This document shows positions 43,848-58,111 of a DNA stretch of 64,000 bases, one piece after another (the first letter of the stretch is position 1; each line of letters begins with the position of its first letter). The DNA is taken from assembly GCA_951406725.2 (NCBI GenBank), contig OX597814.1, positions 222,146,001-222,210,000 on the forward strand, in the 5' to 3' direction. Source of the DNA: Octopus vulgaris (taxonomy: Eukaryota). A program made the position numbers and the translations under genes. The notes below the pieces were generated by a model. That model made no database searches. It had not been told where the DNA came from and saw only the letters and a list, made by a program, of their open reading frames with translations.

Positions 43848-45949
43848 TAGTTGCAAACATCCTGTGAGTGTACACAAGCCCCTCTTTTTTTGCAAACCGC
43901 TTATTTTTCTTGTACTTTTGGCTTCCCATTACCTCCTACGCAACATTACGTGCAAATATATGGAAATGGTTACTCTGTTGAACTCATTTCAGTAGATGTT
44001 CAACAAGAGATGTTCGAAGTAGACTTCACTGGTTTAAATCTCGCCATTTTCGGAGGACCTCATTCACTTTCCTCTTTTGGCACTCCCTCCAGTTTGAACA
44101 TTAACAAAATCTATGCGAATTACATCTATTGCTAGGTTGCAAGCTTAATAAATTTTTATTATGCACCCCGTACGTTTGAAATTAATATAGTCCAACTAAT
44201 ATGGCATAATTACTAATTATCATTATTATTGACGTATCGGTTAGAACATATACATAAGCATGAACATCAATCGCATTAACAAATATTCCTGGCATCCACC
44301 AAACAGAAACACATAGCATATATTCTTTATAAAAGCAGTATCAAAAGCTTCTGTAACTTTTGAAGAGTTAACATTTCCACAGATACAGAAATTGTGCAAA
44401 TTATATGTAAAAAGTTGGACTAATATTATTAAATCTAATTTTCAGAAAAGTTATAGCTTTTCAATAAATACAAAACGTATTGTTTCTTTGAAATAATTCT
44501 ATGATTTCTATGTTTTATTTCAGAACGTTCTCTCAGAGGACTTACTAATAATACTCACTGAATATTTCTAAAGCGTAAATTATTCTGTCATATAAAAGGT
44601 TACATCCATTAATTTTATTAAGTCTATACGACTAAGTTTGTTTGTTAGAATATTGTTAAAGTTACATAAAATGAAAAAAATAACAAAAATTTTAATTTCA
44701 GTTTTTAGAAATTCTTTTAAGATACTTTCCATCTCTATCTCTTTATGTCTTTCTGTCTGTATGTATATATATATAATGAAAGGTAGAGATAGTCTCTGAT
44801 AGCTCTTTCTGGGATATCCCCGCTTTCGGAACATGCTGATTTTGCTGTCACCGGTAAGAGATAGATGGATAGTAATAGGTTAAATATATGTAATAGTGGA
44901 ATATTCGGCGCATCCAAATTCGTTTCAGTACGAGGGGCATAACAAATCTAATTTTTTAGCTGACCATGTGCAATACTTTAAGAATATGAAGATATCTTAT
45001 AGCGTATCCTGGTCCATCATAGACTCTGGCCCTCCGTACCAGAGCCAGCATACTTCCTGTTGACTATGTCTAAAGGGATCCTTACACTTATTGTTGCATA
45101 ACCTTGCATAGTTACTTAATAAGCAACACGAAGCATTCTTCATGTGTAAACACAAATACTTTAGGTTATTGCAGTAAAAGGATCTTGTACCACAGCTGTA
45201 CCTGTCGTTTCACGACTGTTGTCGCTCTGACATATGTTGTTATATTCGGAAATCTTCGACAGAATGGTTCTATCTGGCACTGTATGACCCTCAGCCGTAC
45301 AGTGTTATTATCCTCAAAAGTTTGGATCGATATAACGGCCACTTGTTATCACAGCATAATTACTATATCAGCACAGACACGACTATCAACACAGTGAATA
45401 CGTCCTCTCGACCTTCCTCTACCGACCGGCTACTGGTTTATTTATAATGGCTGACTACTACCACTTTTTACCGGGTGAGGTGTACAATTTCACTATACAA
45501 CAGTCCTTCAAGTTCTTCCACATATCTCAGTGTAAAAACAACACTTCGGATTATCACTAACATCTAGCCTAGGTATAATACTTATCTGATACTGTCAGTT
45601 ACATAACCCTTTACGGTTACTAAATAAATATACACCATGTAACCTTCTCCACGTTTATACACAGACTCTTTAGATCCTTCTAGTTGTTATTTTTTACGTT
45701 TACCCTGTATCAATTTTGTAATAATTTTTAAACTTAATTTGTAAACTTCTAATCCTAAACCTTTTGTTTGCTGGTGTGGCATCTCTTTCTAGCGTTGACA
45801 CAGCCAAGATTGCCCTGAGTCCTTGCTCCACTTTAGTAAATTTGAGCACCTACTATTTCTGACGTATCTTTTTTTACGACCACTTTATCATCTTCACACC
45901 GCCTCCTATTGCTATCCAACCTGTAGGATTGGCAGCTGCTTTATTTACC

Positions 45950-46140
45950 TAGATGCAGGAGGAAAGAGTAAGAGAAAGTTGTGGTGAAAGAGTTAGCAGA
46001 AATTTGCCAATAACTTCTGCCGGAGCCGCGTGGAGCTTAGGTGTTTCGCTCATAAGCACACACATCGCCCGGTCTGAGATTCGAATCCGCGATCTCTCGA
46101 CCGAGAGTCCACAGTTCTAACAACTAGGCCATGTGCCTCT
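45950..46140 (-). mobile_element. tRNA-headed SINE (family E)
   Basis: Minus strand GGCACATGGCCTAGTTGTTAGA...GGATTCGAATCTC; body CGAAACACCTAAGCTCCAC.CGGCTCCGGCAG is shared with 57240-57570. Confidence 0.75.
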
Positions 46141-47059
46141 ACATCTAAACATGTATGTATGTCAAATTATAATTAACACGTTCGCATACAGTTGGACATA
46201 CAAGACATTCACCGCAGAAAGAGTCTTGGGAGAAACATTTTTCTAATAGCCAGAATGTCTGCAAATACACCCCTAGCCTATAAAGGACTTGATCGGACTG
46301 TGTGGAGTATGCACTTTTGCGTCGTAACATTTCATTAGCTACAGACAGCATAATCTTTGTTGATAACCAACTAAATTGTAACCGGCCTTGCATTTAAACA
46401 GCAAATAAAACATTTGCTGCGTCGCACAAAACTTGATTAACCTAAAAATAATTAACTGGAGCTGCATGAAGTGAAGGTATGTACAACTATTCTTAATGTA
46501 TTCATATACACACGGACATGGAAAGACTTTCCCAGCGGAAAGTGACACCGGAGATACATTCTCCTGGACGAAAATATTACGTACAGCAGCAAATGTGGTA
46601 TAATATAACATAATTGTACCAACAGGTTTCTATTATTTTTGTTTTGAGGACCTCTGGTTAATTAATTACAGCTTGATCAATATTTGCACACGTCGTTGAA
46701 GATATATATTTTGCTATTTAAATATAAGAACAGCTAGTTCTTTGTGAGCTATGCCCGACAGATTTTTTTCCGTAGCTGATGAAGCGTGACGATGTAAAAA
46801 TGCTTGCGTCCTCAGGTCTCATGATGTTGTTCATAGCCTGCTGGAGTGCAATGAAATTCCTCTCTCTACACTGTTTCCACAGCTGTCTTTTCACGTCCAA
46901 ATTTACATGGCTACATGGCTGTGTTAAATATTATTATGCTTTGTGCACCTCTATTTCATATACACACACACACACACACACACACATACACACACACATA
47001 TATATATGTATATATATATGTGTGTGTGTATATATATATATATACATTTATAATGTATG

Positions 47060-47093
<34 letters not shown>

Positions 47094-48869
47094 TGTATAT
47101 AGGTATGTCTTCATATATATATAGATACATAAGTGAAAAGTCAAGTTTAAAACGGTTCGATTCCAGTCGCACTTGTTAAGACCTATCTCTGCACTCTCTC
47201 CTGTGTGTAAATATATTCATTTTTCTGTATGATCATTGATTCAATATAATAAATGTTTATAATAATTTCTAAGGACACATTTGAAAGATATATTAATTTA
47301 TCTTTGCTTCTGTTGACATTAAAAACACTCGCGATTTCATAAAGTTATATATATGTGTTATGTATGTGTATAAATACATACTTACCATTTATTACTAACA
47401 TCCAGAAAATAATATTATGTACAGCATTTTTAGTTGGGCATCTTACATATGAATGGTATCTGTATTTCAGAAAATATATATACACCAGCTGCTATGTTCA
47501 TTGTTGTGATATTTATTGGCTGGAATGTTCTGTCATTATTTATTGCTTTCCAAGGTGTTAATGTATATAATTCTCTCGGTGACTTTGATAATTCCATCTG
47601 GATTACTTTTCTAACAAGTGACAGATTTTGCTTCACAGGAAACAAATACTTCTCTGATATCTTAAAGTTAAAGCTAGCCTGTACATTGTAATCAAAAGAT
47701 TCTGACCACTGACCAACTGATATTTCTCTCTAATATTTACCTACTTGACACACACATATATACTTACATATACTGATATATATATAATACAAATATGTAT
47801 ATAAATATATAATAGAATTAGAAATAGAATGACTATGGTAGAGTATTTCATATTTGAAAAAATGTTTAGGAATTGTTAACCTGATAAATCATCATGGATT
47901 TATGATGGAAACGTTATCAAAAACTCCACTCGCATTCATTTCTTCAAATATAAGTATATACAAATAGTGGCTGTTCACTTGTGACCAGGAAAATAACCAC
48001 TGATAATAAAGAACAGTATGCACACAGAAAATGTCATATTTTATACTTGAGGCTCCGATGGTGTTTAGTGTGCCCACCTCTTGATAAACATCCATGGCCC
48101 CCAGATATTGTAGGCATACTCCGCGCGCTCCCTTCCCACTCACTGCACTGGAGATGCGTTATCTAGCAGCTCGTTTAAATTCTATATGGAAAATGAGTGT
48201 TTTTTGAAAATATCCACTTCTTTCTTCCACTGGTGGCGATGACAAGCATTGCCGTCCCAACTGACGTCCCATATTTCCCTCAGACTTTATTGAGTCCTTA
48301 AATCGTAGTCTAGGGACGCTTTACACAAACAAATTTGCTCTATAGTATCTGCTTAGGATTTCTCTGAACATTCATCTGAAGAAGGTGTTCAGACCAACGT
48401 AAATAGTATCTGTTCACCATTGCTTCATTGCTCAAGATAACCTCAAGATCCCTATGTGTGGAATCTGCAAGGACCAGACAACATTTAAAATGTGTCTCAG
48501 TCATCTCTGATGGAATTAGTCAAAGACACTTACATGATACTATAAAGGCTTCATATTCCCACATAAGTAAAGGAGCGACGTCTGCACGCACGCAACGCAG
48601 CAACTTTTGTTTCATGTGATGCTATACCGGAACTAGACAGGAGACTCAAGATCCCTGAAGGATTTTTAAAGATATTTTATCATTGTAGGAGTAAGGGTGG
48701 CTGAGTGTGCTACTCAGATGAACAAACTTGTCTACAACTTTCACTACTGTTCCATCAACAAAATAGATGGTTTCAGGTATTAGTTTTCTATCGCAGGCTA
48801 GACCATTACAACAGTTTTGTCTAGGTTAATGCTGAGTTCAAAAGTTTTGCAAGTTGCAGGAATATGATC

Positions 48870-49400
48870 CGCGACAATTCACATCTCTTCAGCTGTAGAC
48901 ACACTGAGAATAATCTGGTTGTCACCAACACTCTGTTTAAGCAGAAAAATAAATATAAAACCACCTGGATGCAACAAGTTTTAAGCACTGACATCTCATA
49001 GATTATATTCTGATCAGAAAACGTGATATGAAAGATGTTTCAAGCGTTCGGGCCATGAGAGGACCAGAGAGCTCTAATGACCATCGTCTAGTGCGTGGAA
49101 AAATAAATTTTTCGATAATGCTTAAAAATCCACAATCTGGCCCTAAGGTACCCAAAAACTTAAATGTTGCAAACTTTAAATTATCAAGCAATTTGCAAAG
49201 ATTCCAGGAAGCTATAGAAAGTATCAATCTTGATCAAAACAATCTATGGAAAGATTTCAAAACAAAAGTATTTCAGGCTGTTAGTTTGTCAGTGGGATTT
49301 AAACTAATAATAGACATTATTTAGTTTATTTACATTTGGCGGATATTTGTCCCCATCTTGTTTGTTGCTAACAACCAGTGACTGGTCCACAGATAGATCA
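48870..49400 (+). pseudogene. RTE-clade LINE fragment (AP-endonuclease C-terminus)
   Basis: NNLVVTNTLFKQKNKYKTTWMQ, then after disruption HLIDYILIRKRDMKDVSSVRAMRGPESSNDHRLVR. Confidence 0.8.
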
Positions 49401-50693
49401 GCAGAAATTCATGATCTACTTTTAGAAAAAACAACATTTATGCAATGCATACACACACATATAAATATATAGGCATGCATTATGTATATGCGTCTGTAAG
49501 CCCGTGTAGTGTGTACGTGTTATTCACTTTTATGTTGTAAATATCTTATTTATCGTACAAATAAACAACAAATATATATTAAGTATAGTACAAGCACACG
49601 CATATAATTCCCCACTACCACAGACACGCAAACGTTATATTTTTATACACATATAGCTATGGATGTACACATTTCCATACACACATACAGACACATATAC
49701 ACTAACACAAACGTATACCCCACAAACTTTTTGATACACATACACCTATAAACCCGCAAACATCAATTCCTGTATGGTAAGGACTTTTTCTTAACTCTTG
49801 TATCCATATATGTTTGTATGTATTCATGCATTGGTTTTGAATTTCAGATGAAGCTTGAAGGAGATCATGAGCAATAGCAGTCCAACTTTGATTGTTCCAG
49901 CTTTTTAAATATGTTTGATTTTGTATGTCTTTCCAGTTTTTAAGACGACAAGGTGTGATTGGATGAAATTTCCCCATTATATCCAGAAGACTGAGCGACC
50001 CCGTATGTAGTTCCTCGGAGCTTCAGCTGTAAAATTATTTCTTTAAAGCGTGAATGGTAAAACTAATTCCGTTTCTCCTTAATCTACTTGATATTTCTTT
50101 TACAAATGCTATTTTCTTTTACTGAATAACCTCAGTAATATTTTAAGAGGCGATAACATTCGTAAATTAGTCTGTTAAGTATTTTGTTAAAATTGTTATA
50201 AAAGTTTTGTTCAATTCTCGCGTCTTATCTCTTTGGGGAAAGAAATTTTCATTCTAGACACAAAATTATTACACAGAATATATTCTAGAGATTGAAGAAA
50301 TTGATTACTTGAAGAAAACTTTAGACGTTGATTAGTTAAGAACTTTAGGAATTGATAATTTTCCAGAGAGAATATTACTAAACTGGAGTCCTCTTTTGAT
50401 TGAGTATCAAAATAAAATTATAGTAAGAAAATCAACTTTTGTCATTATGTGAATTCAGTGAGGAAATATATAACCAATTTTGAAACTGTGTAAGTGACGT
50501 GAACTATACTCGAGAAAAACTTCACTTATTGATTCTGTTAGTTCATTGTAATTTGTCATGTAAACAAACATATGTGCACATACATTCACACACACACACA
50601 CACACACACATAATATATAGATACATACATACATACATACATACATACATGCATACATACATACATATACATATATATATATATATATATATG

Positions 50694-50766
<73 letters not shown>

Positions 50767-51224
50767 TTCCACACATTCACACAACACATATCAATGAGTT
50801 TCATACAGATACACAGGGATATGCTGAAATGAATTCATGCAAGACAAACTCTTGTATGTATGTATGTATGTATGTATGTATATTCGGGATAGAATATACG
50901 GAGACGTGTAACTATGTGGTTAAGTGGTTACACTCGTCATTGTAATACTATGCTTTCGAAAAGCAGCCTAAAAATTGTATAAATACCTTTTAATGTGTCT
51001 TGATAATTATCATATACATAAAAGCGCACGTGTTTCAAGTTGATTATTAATCTTAAATATATAGTTTTGTACGAACATATACATCTAAATACAAATTTTA
51101 GTCCATCTATTTTACTATTTATCTAGTTATCTTTCTATGTTATCTCTCGATACATACACACATACACACATGCATGAATACATACATAAATACTACATAC
51201 ATACAAAGAAAGTAAAATTCTTAC

Positions 51225-51337
51225 CTTAAAGATTGGCACTGTGACGACCCATTCACAATGAAGGTTATGGGGATAATTCCGGGGCCAATTAGGAGAAGCT
51301 AGGTTACCTCGTTCTTTGTTATATACACCGCCACAAT
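51225..51337 (-). CDS. Exon encoding the N-terminal part of a CUB domain
   Basis: ttctttttaatag|AT TGT GGC GGT...TTT AAG|gtaag; 113 nt; CGGVYNKERGNLASPNWPRNYPHNLHCEWVVTVP matches CUB consensus CGG...G.i.SPn(w/y)P..Yp.n..C.W.i. Confidence 0.9.
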
Positions 51338-51762
51338 CTATTAAAAAGAAAACGCAAATTGGACTGTTATTAAACGTGTGTTAGCATTTAGATTCGGGAT
51401 TAATAACTCTAATAAAAAATTATAAAGTCTTGAAATATCAAGCCACTCTTCCATTCACTTTCTTTCAGTTTCTGAAATTATCTTCCGTTCAGTTATGGTT
51501 GTTTGTCATTTTATTTTCCGGTTTCCGAATGCAATAACTAATTTCATAGAACAACGACAAAATCAAAACATAATTCGTCTACCTGCTAAACACTGGAAAA
51601 GAAGCTCCACCATATGACAACATTTTATTTTAAAATATACGTGATATAAATTATAGAAATTCTGAGAAAATATATAGTTTATGCTAGTGACACCAAAATA
51701 CCAACAACATACGCAACACGTATATATACATATTTATTGAATGAGATTCAGTTATATATATA

Positions 51763-53041
51763 CGAGGGGCGTTCAATAAGTAATGCCCCTGACCCACTTC
51801 CCATAGCAGTAGAGCAAAGAAACTTGGCACAGTTATTAGTCTTTTTCTACATAGGAACCACCCAGAGTTACGCATTTCTCCCATTGTTTGATGCAGCTCT
51901 GGAGACCGTTTTTGTAGAAGACCCCAGCTTGGTCCTCCAACCTGAACGCGACTTCAGAAATCAAGGCTGCATCATCTGGGAAACGCTTTCCTTTCAAAAA
52001 CAACTTCATGACTGGGAAGAGGTGAAAATCAGAGGGTGCAAGGTCAGGAAAGTAGGGGGTGGGGGGAGGAGTTCATAGCCATACGCCTGTGCTTCTGATC
52101 TGGCGACAAGCGAGTTGTGGACCGGAGCGTTGTCCTGCAGGAGGAGGATGCCTTTGCTGATCTTGCCCCGCCTCTTGATTTTGATAACTTCTCTTAATTT
52201 CCTCAAAAGAGAAGCATAATAGGCTCCTGCAATCGTGGTACCCTTTGCCAGGAAATCTGTCATCACTACTCCATCCTGGTCCCAGAAGATCTTGCCAGCG
52301 GAGGGCTGCACCCTTGCCTTTTTTGGAGGGGGGTGAGTCACGGTGCTTCCACTGCATTGACTGGGCTTTGGTCTCTGGATCATCGTGATGGACCCAGGTT
52401 TCATCCTGTGTAATCAGTCTTTTGAAAAATTTTGGTCATTTTCTTGGCACATCTCCAAATTCACCCTCGAGCATTCGACGCGTTCTTGCTTCTGGAAAGG
52501 CGTGAGCAACCTGGGAATCCATCTGGCAGACACCTTTTGCATATGCAAATGGTCATGAATGATATTTTCCACAGACCCGGTACTAATCTTGACCTCATGG
52601 GCTATTTGGCGAATAGTTATGCGTCGATCTTCCAAAATGGCAGCCTCAACTTGACGGACAGATGCCTCATCAATGGCAGAAGGGGGCGACCAGATCTGGG
52701 AGCTGTTTCCACAGAGTTCCGACCATGTTTGAATTCACGATGCCAGCGTTTTACAAGGTCATATGATGGGGCATCATCACCATAAGTTACTTTCATTTCA
52801 TCAAAAGTCTCCCGTGGTGTGCGTCCTTTCAAATACAAAAACCGGATCACTGCTCGACACTCAACAGGCTCCATTTCACACTGGACTCGGTTCAAACACC
52901 TGTAAATCAGAAACCACAATTAATTCAGAGCTGTAATTTGCCACTTAATCTATAGAGATAGAAATGATTGCACATGCAAATTTTCAGCTAGATCAAACAA
53001 CTGAAAGTGGGTCAGAGGCATTACTTATTGAACGTCCCTCG
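51763..53041 (-). mobile_element. Full-length (1279 bp) mariner transposon with disrupted transposase
   Basis: TA-flanked ~37-bp TIRs CGAGGG(G/A)CGTTCAATAAGTAATGCC(C/T)CTGACCCACTT; lies between the candidate exons at 55892 and 51337. Confidence 0.95.
51836..52874 (-). pseudogene. Mariner transposase pseudogene
   Basis: MEPVECRAVIRFL..., WIPRLL, QDETWVH, LQDNAP, DLAPSDFHLF, ...GGSYVEKD*; spread over several frames. Confidence 0.92.
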
Positions 53042-53148
53042 TATATACGATAACAAAGTCGATCAATAACAAAGTCGCTAAAATGTGATAACAAATTCAA
53101 GGCTGTGAGGAGTTTTCAGGACATTTATAAAGAAAAAAATATAGATTG

Positions 53149-53194
53149 GTCTTATAGTTGTTTCTGGGATATGGATATCCCTTCATCAGAGACG
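53149..53194 (-). ncRNA. Degenerate minimal hammerhead (Penelope-type)
   Basis: Minus strand GTCT CTGATGA A GGGATA-TCCA-TATCCC A GAAA CAACTATA AGAC; helix III is mutated relative to GAAACAGCTGTAAGAC seen on the minus strand at ~27192-27207. Confidence 0.55.
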
Positions 53195-53726
53195 ATGTGA
53201 GATGGTTAAACAGAGGTAAATATTTGAGTTCGAAATAAAGAAATATGGAAAAGGAGGAGATAGGGAATATAGAGGGGAAATAAGAGAATGAATGTAGAAA
53301 TAAAAATATAAAATATAAAAAGATATTGTAGCTGCAATTACATTAATCGAGGAAAGTGGTGTGTAGAAGTGGTAAAACAGTTTCCTGTACATGGTATGTA
53401 AGTTCCAATAGTAGTTCATGTTTAGTCATTTCAAAGTATGGAGCCGTAGATATTCTGTGCTGCTCATTCGAAAGAGTCTTGTGGTGTGAATTAAATTTGA
53501 GAATGAATTGGTAGGATTTGTGGATAGATAGGGGGGGGGATGTGAATGATTGGAATGAGAAAATATATCACATGTATCAATATCCAACCAAGAGTTTATC
53601 TACGGTCCGTCCATAGTACTTACTTAGCGTTACCTGCCTCTTTCCAGGTCTTCTAGATACCAATAACTCTTATATATATACATATATATATATATACATA
53701 CACACACACACATACACATATATATA

Positions 53727-53957
53727 TTTCTTTACTACCCACAAGCGGCTAAACATAGAGGGAACAAACAAGGACAGACAAACAGATGAAGTCGATTACA
53801 TCGACCCCAGTGCGTAACTGGTACTTAATTTATCGACTCCGAAAGGATGAAAGGCAAAGTCGACCTCGGCGGAATTTGAACTCAGAACGTAACGACAGAC
53901 GAAATACGGCTTCGCATTTCGCCCGGCGCGCTAACATTTCTGCCAGCTCGCCGCCTT
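53727..53957 (-). mobile_element. SINE family B, full length
   Basis: Reverse complement of 4965-5197. Confidence 0.9.
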
Positions 53958-54880
53958 ACATATATATAGTATTACCACCACTTGGAAGTATGCTGGCTCT
54001 TTAAGATAGCAGATTTAGCATTACATTTCGTAGGTAATTTCCACTGGTATTCTCCTCTTAACTAAAAAAATGTTTATAGCTGTATTGCTTGCCAGTAATC
54101 ATCTTACTTTTATTGTTTATTTTTTATTTTATGTTATGTTGAGATGATGTATAAAGGCAAAGCCTACTTGTGCCACTTATGACATAGCTTCTCCCCTGCA
54201 CCTATTTTATTTACTGGTTCATTTTTTTCTTTATTTATGTCTACCCCTCTAATGGTCTTAAAATGATCTTATTTTAAATATAATTGGCAAATTGCAGAAA
54301 TGGCAGGACTCTGGTCAGTTCTATAACGGACAATAGGTGTTTGGTCTCTAGAATTTTGCAGTAAGTACACCATTATAAAAACTCTAGGGCATATTTTGCA
54401 TAAATATGAATTACCTCTATTTACGAAATCATAAGTACTCTTTGTATTCAAGATGTATTGTTTTAGTTTGGCACTAGTTTTATCCTACTACTATTTATAC
54501 ACCCTAGAACCCCTACAAAAAGAGACAACCCATGACTTATTTCACTTGCTCATTTGCTAGTTCACTCTTTTGCCCATCGACTTCAAGCTTTACACTGCAA
54601 AATGGTATGATTCTAATATATTGAGCGTGCTGGCCTCATTTCCAGACTCTGTTCTTTCTTCTTTCCTCTTCCCCTTGTTTATTTTACTTGTTTCATTTTG
54701 TGGTCGTATTTACTCTGATGAACGTGCTATAAAGATGGCGAATATTATTTTACGAACTTTCTTTGTGAGCACTAATTGATATCGGCAGTCGAAAATAATT
54801 AACCGATGTTGGTCAATTTGTTTGTCTGTTGATCAAACGTTTTCTCCATTTTCTGCTTATTTATATATATATGTAATAGA

Positions 54881-54916
<36 letters not shown>

Positions 54917-55194
54917 TGTATGTATGTATGTATGTATGTATGTATGTATGTATGTGTGTATGTGTGTATGTATGTATGTATGTATGTACGTATGTATGTA
55001 TGTATGTATGTATGTATGTATGTACGTATGTATGTATGTATGCATGTATGTATATATATACGTATATGTATATGATATATATGATATATATATATAGCAT
55101 ATGTGTATTTAATATATATAGATAGATAGATAGATATAGATATATATAATATATATTTATAATGCATATATAATATATACATAATATATATATA

Positions 55195-55420
55195 TATCGT
55201 CATTGATAACAGATGGGCGTTCACAACGCTCACGATCTTCAAGGTTCAAACCTCCACTGCCAAATCTTTTAAACCATTTTCGAGCTGACCACTCACTAGT
55301 CATTTCCTCAGCAAACGTTTCGTTGACGTCGCAGTGCAGTTTCAGCTGCTTCACGTCCTTTTTTGAAGTTGAATAGCAAAATTTCATGAATACCGCGCTT
55401 TGACAGTTCCATTTCCGACA
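55195..55420 (-). pseudogene. Mariner transposase N-terminal (HTH) fragment
   Basis: VNETFAEEMTSEWSARKWFKRFGSGGLNLEDRERCERPSVIND matches the mariner WF.RF..G...LED..R.GRP motif. Confidence 0.8.
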
Positions 55421-55777
55421 AATGTAACAGCTGTGAGAAAATATCAATGTTAATTTAGTGATACATTTCGGAAAGTCTATGTGTATTATCAGGCAATTAC
55501 CAAAAAAATAAATGTTTTAAAAATTTCAAAACGCTGCAAATATCTGGTACAAATTTTTCATGGTTCAAAACGTTACTTACTTTCTACTCAACCTGATATA
55601 TATGCGCGCGCGCACACATAGGTACACACACACGCACACACACAGCGCTCACGCACACATATGCAAGTATATGTGTGCGCGTATGTGTGTGCGTGTGGAG
55701 GCTCTCCCATGATAATGAAGTATTATGGGAATTTTTTTTATATATACAATATATATATATATAAATATATACATACA

Positions 55778-55861
<84 letters not shown>

Positions 55862-55891
55862 TATTCTTTTCTTTAAATGAATGTCACTAAC

Positions 55892-56033
55892 TTTGTGGAA
55901 GAAGTTTCTGTGTAGTATATATTTGTGTATTGTCGGGTGCACGTAACATATGTTGAAGTGTGCAGTCTCCACAAACATTACACAGATGGTGCTCTCCACA
56001 ACGAAGCAGTTTCCTTGCTATGTCCCTTACTTT
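55892..56033 (-). CDS. Candidate exon upstream of the CUB exon (Cys/His-rich linker)
   Basis: ttcgttttgcag|AAA...CAA A|gttagt; 142 nt; KVRDIARKLLRCGEHHLCNVCGDCTLQHMLRAPDNTQIYTTQKLLPQ; phase-1 end joins the CUB exon to give N-CGG. Confidence 0.6.
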
Positions 56034-56567
56034 CTGCAAAACGAATACCGCTACGTTCTTATTCGTCATTCAATTCTTTACATCCGTAAGTCTAGGTCAT
56101 TTCGAGAGCAATTTTAGGTTTCATTCTAATCTAAGCTGCTATTCTAGATGTTTTTGGTGACAACAATTTCAGTATTGTTCATCACAAAATGACCAAAAGA
56201 CATGTTTATAAAGAGGAATTGTTTGCTTCACGCTCCTCGTGTGCCGATTCTACCCATAAGAAAGAAACAAATAATACAATGTGGCTGTAGGTTATAACAC
56301 CCGGGCAACGCCGGGATGCATTGTTAGGATACACATGTATATAAATATATGTTGTGTGTTTATGTGTGTTTTCGTATGTGTGCATTTTACTGGTAACACT
56401 AAAGAGATGCTTTTTTGCCATTCATCAAGATAAGCTTTGCTCAGGAGGAATTTGATGTCACCAGTCAGTTGCAACGATCATCGGGGGTTTCGATGTTGGT
56501 GAAGTACATAGACACATACATACACACACACACACACATAGATACATGCATACATATACATATGCAT

Positions 56568-56601
<34 letters not shown>

Positions 56602-56904
56602 GAAATATGTTACAAAAAGAAAATAGAAACTACACGTGGAAATGTAAGGGGAAAGTAAGAAAAAAAATCAACGAAAATGCACATTGTAAATAAAAAAATA
56701 AAAGGCTTTTTATGAAAGGTAACAACAGGTATATACAATCAGATGAACTGAGGTAATAATAAAAGTAATAAAATGCATAAAAGTTATTTTTATGAGATTG
56801 TTAAAGAGATTCAAGCAGCATACCGCGGTTTCGTAAGATACTATTCATTACTTTGAGATAATATTCATTGCTTTGAATATATATATGTATATATAAATAT
56901 ATAG

Positions 56905-57140
56905 GACACGTCAAAACAGAAACTGACCACACAAAATTCAAGAAGTCTTTGGACAAATTCCTTCAAACACTCCCGGAGAAACCACCCACACCCGGATATG
57001 TCTCCGAAAACAATAACTCTCTGCTCGAATGGGCCTCGATGCCCAAATCCTGAATTGAAAGACTCCGTCAGGTGGTGCTATTAAGTTAGACATGGCCTGG
57101 GCCAATACTGGCCAAAACCTTTCTAAGTTATTCTAAGTTA
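56905..57140 (+). mobile_element. CR1/L2-like LINE 3' end
   Basis: HVKTETDHTKFKKSLDKFLQTLPEKPPTPGYVSENNNSLLEW...*, then a 3' UTR ending (TTCTAAGTTA)2, within (TA)n. Clade assignment is tentative. Confidence 0.7.
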
Positions 57141-57141
57141 T

Positions 57142-57180
<39 letters not shown>

Positions 57181-57239
57181 AATTAAGATGTATATACGAA
57201 TTATACAACTGTGCATGTATGTGTGTGCGTGTGTGTGTA

Positions 57240-57570
57240 TGTGGTCAGGGAAGCGGGCTTGGGGTCGCAGCTTGACGGTTTCTGGCGAAAACACCTAAAG
57301 CTCACAAGGCTCCGGCAGTGGGTGGTGGCGAACCCTTCTGCATTTTTCCCCACAACTTTCACCCCCTCTTTCTTCCTGTTTTTGTCATACATATTTCAAA
57401 GTGCCAGCCTTGTCACACTCTGTGTCACACTGAATCTATCCGAGAACTACTTTAAGCGTACACGTGTCAGTGGAGTGCTCAACCACTTGCACGATAATTT
57501 CACGAACAGGAGTTTCGTTGATTAGATCAACTTGGAGCCCTCGTCGTATTAACCGACGGTGTGCCACAAC
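57240..57570 (+). mobile_element. SINE related to family E
   Basis: Shares CACCTAAAGCTC...GGCTCCGGCAG...CCACAACTTTC with 45950-46140; its 3' part resembles the reverse complement of 40780-40900. Confidence 0.6.
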
Positions 57571-57785
57571 GATGTAAATAAAAATGTGTGTGCATGTCCG
57601 TGTGTGAGTGCATGTATATAAGATTGCTGGTTGATTGCTATACACACGATCAGCCAGTCATCAGGTAAAATCAGAACATGATGTCTCTTCTTGAGAATAA
57701 ATGTCTGTTGATTTCTGTTGCACGATATTTATACCACGTATGATATTTACTTGATTATGTCTTACCATTCTCATCATATCACACG

Positions 57786-57873
<88 letters not shown>

Positions 57874-58111
57874 CTTACATGCGTACATACATATATATGT
57901 TTGTGCGTGTGCTTGTGTGTACGTGCGTGCGTGCGTCTGAGAGTAATTGTAAAAGCCTGTTGCAGCGAGCAATATTTCAACAGTTTTTCCTTAAGCAATA
58001 TAATTTTACTTCCCATTGCTATTGTTAGTGCCATGCAAGCAGTAACTATATATGTATACAGCTGAATGTCAATGTGAACAAAAATTCGAGTGCTTGAGAG
58101 AATAAACTTAC

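Noticed and set aside
44735-44917. Signal-peptide-like ORF (LLHIFNLLLSIYLLPVTA)
   Set aside because: Starts at TTG, has no clear splice donor and runs into low-complexity sequence.
44930-45900. Possible LTR retrotransposon leader
   Set aside because: No paired LTR, clear primer binding site or gag/pol motif could be identified.
46339-46420. Sushi-like motif FKCKAGYNLVGYQQRLC
   Set aside because: Stop codon follows immediately, no C-terminal W/P-C motif and no convincing splice sites.
47430-47691. Overlapping ORFs with CUB-like (NSIWITFLTSD, + strand) or lectin-like (PFICK, - strand) words
   Set aside because: Only short chance-level matches; the CUB-like word is on the wrong strand for the gene.
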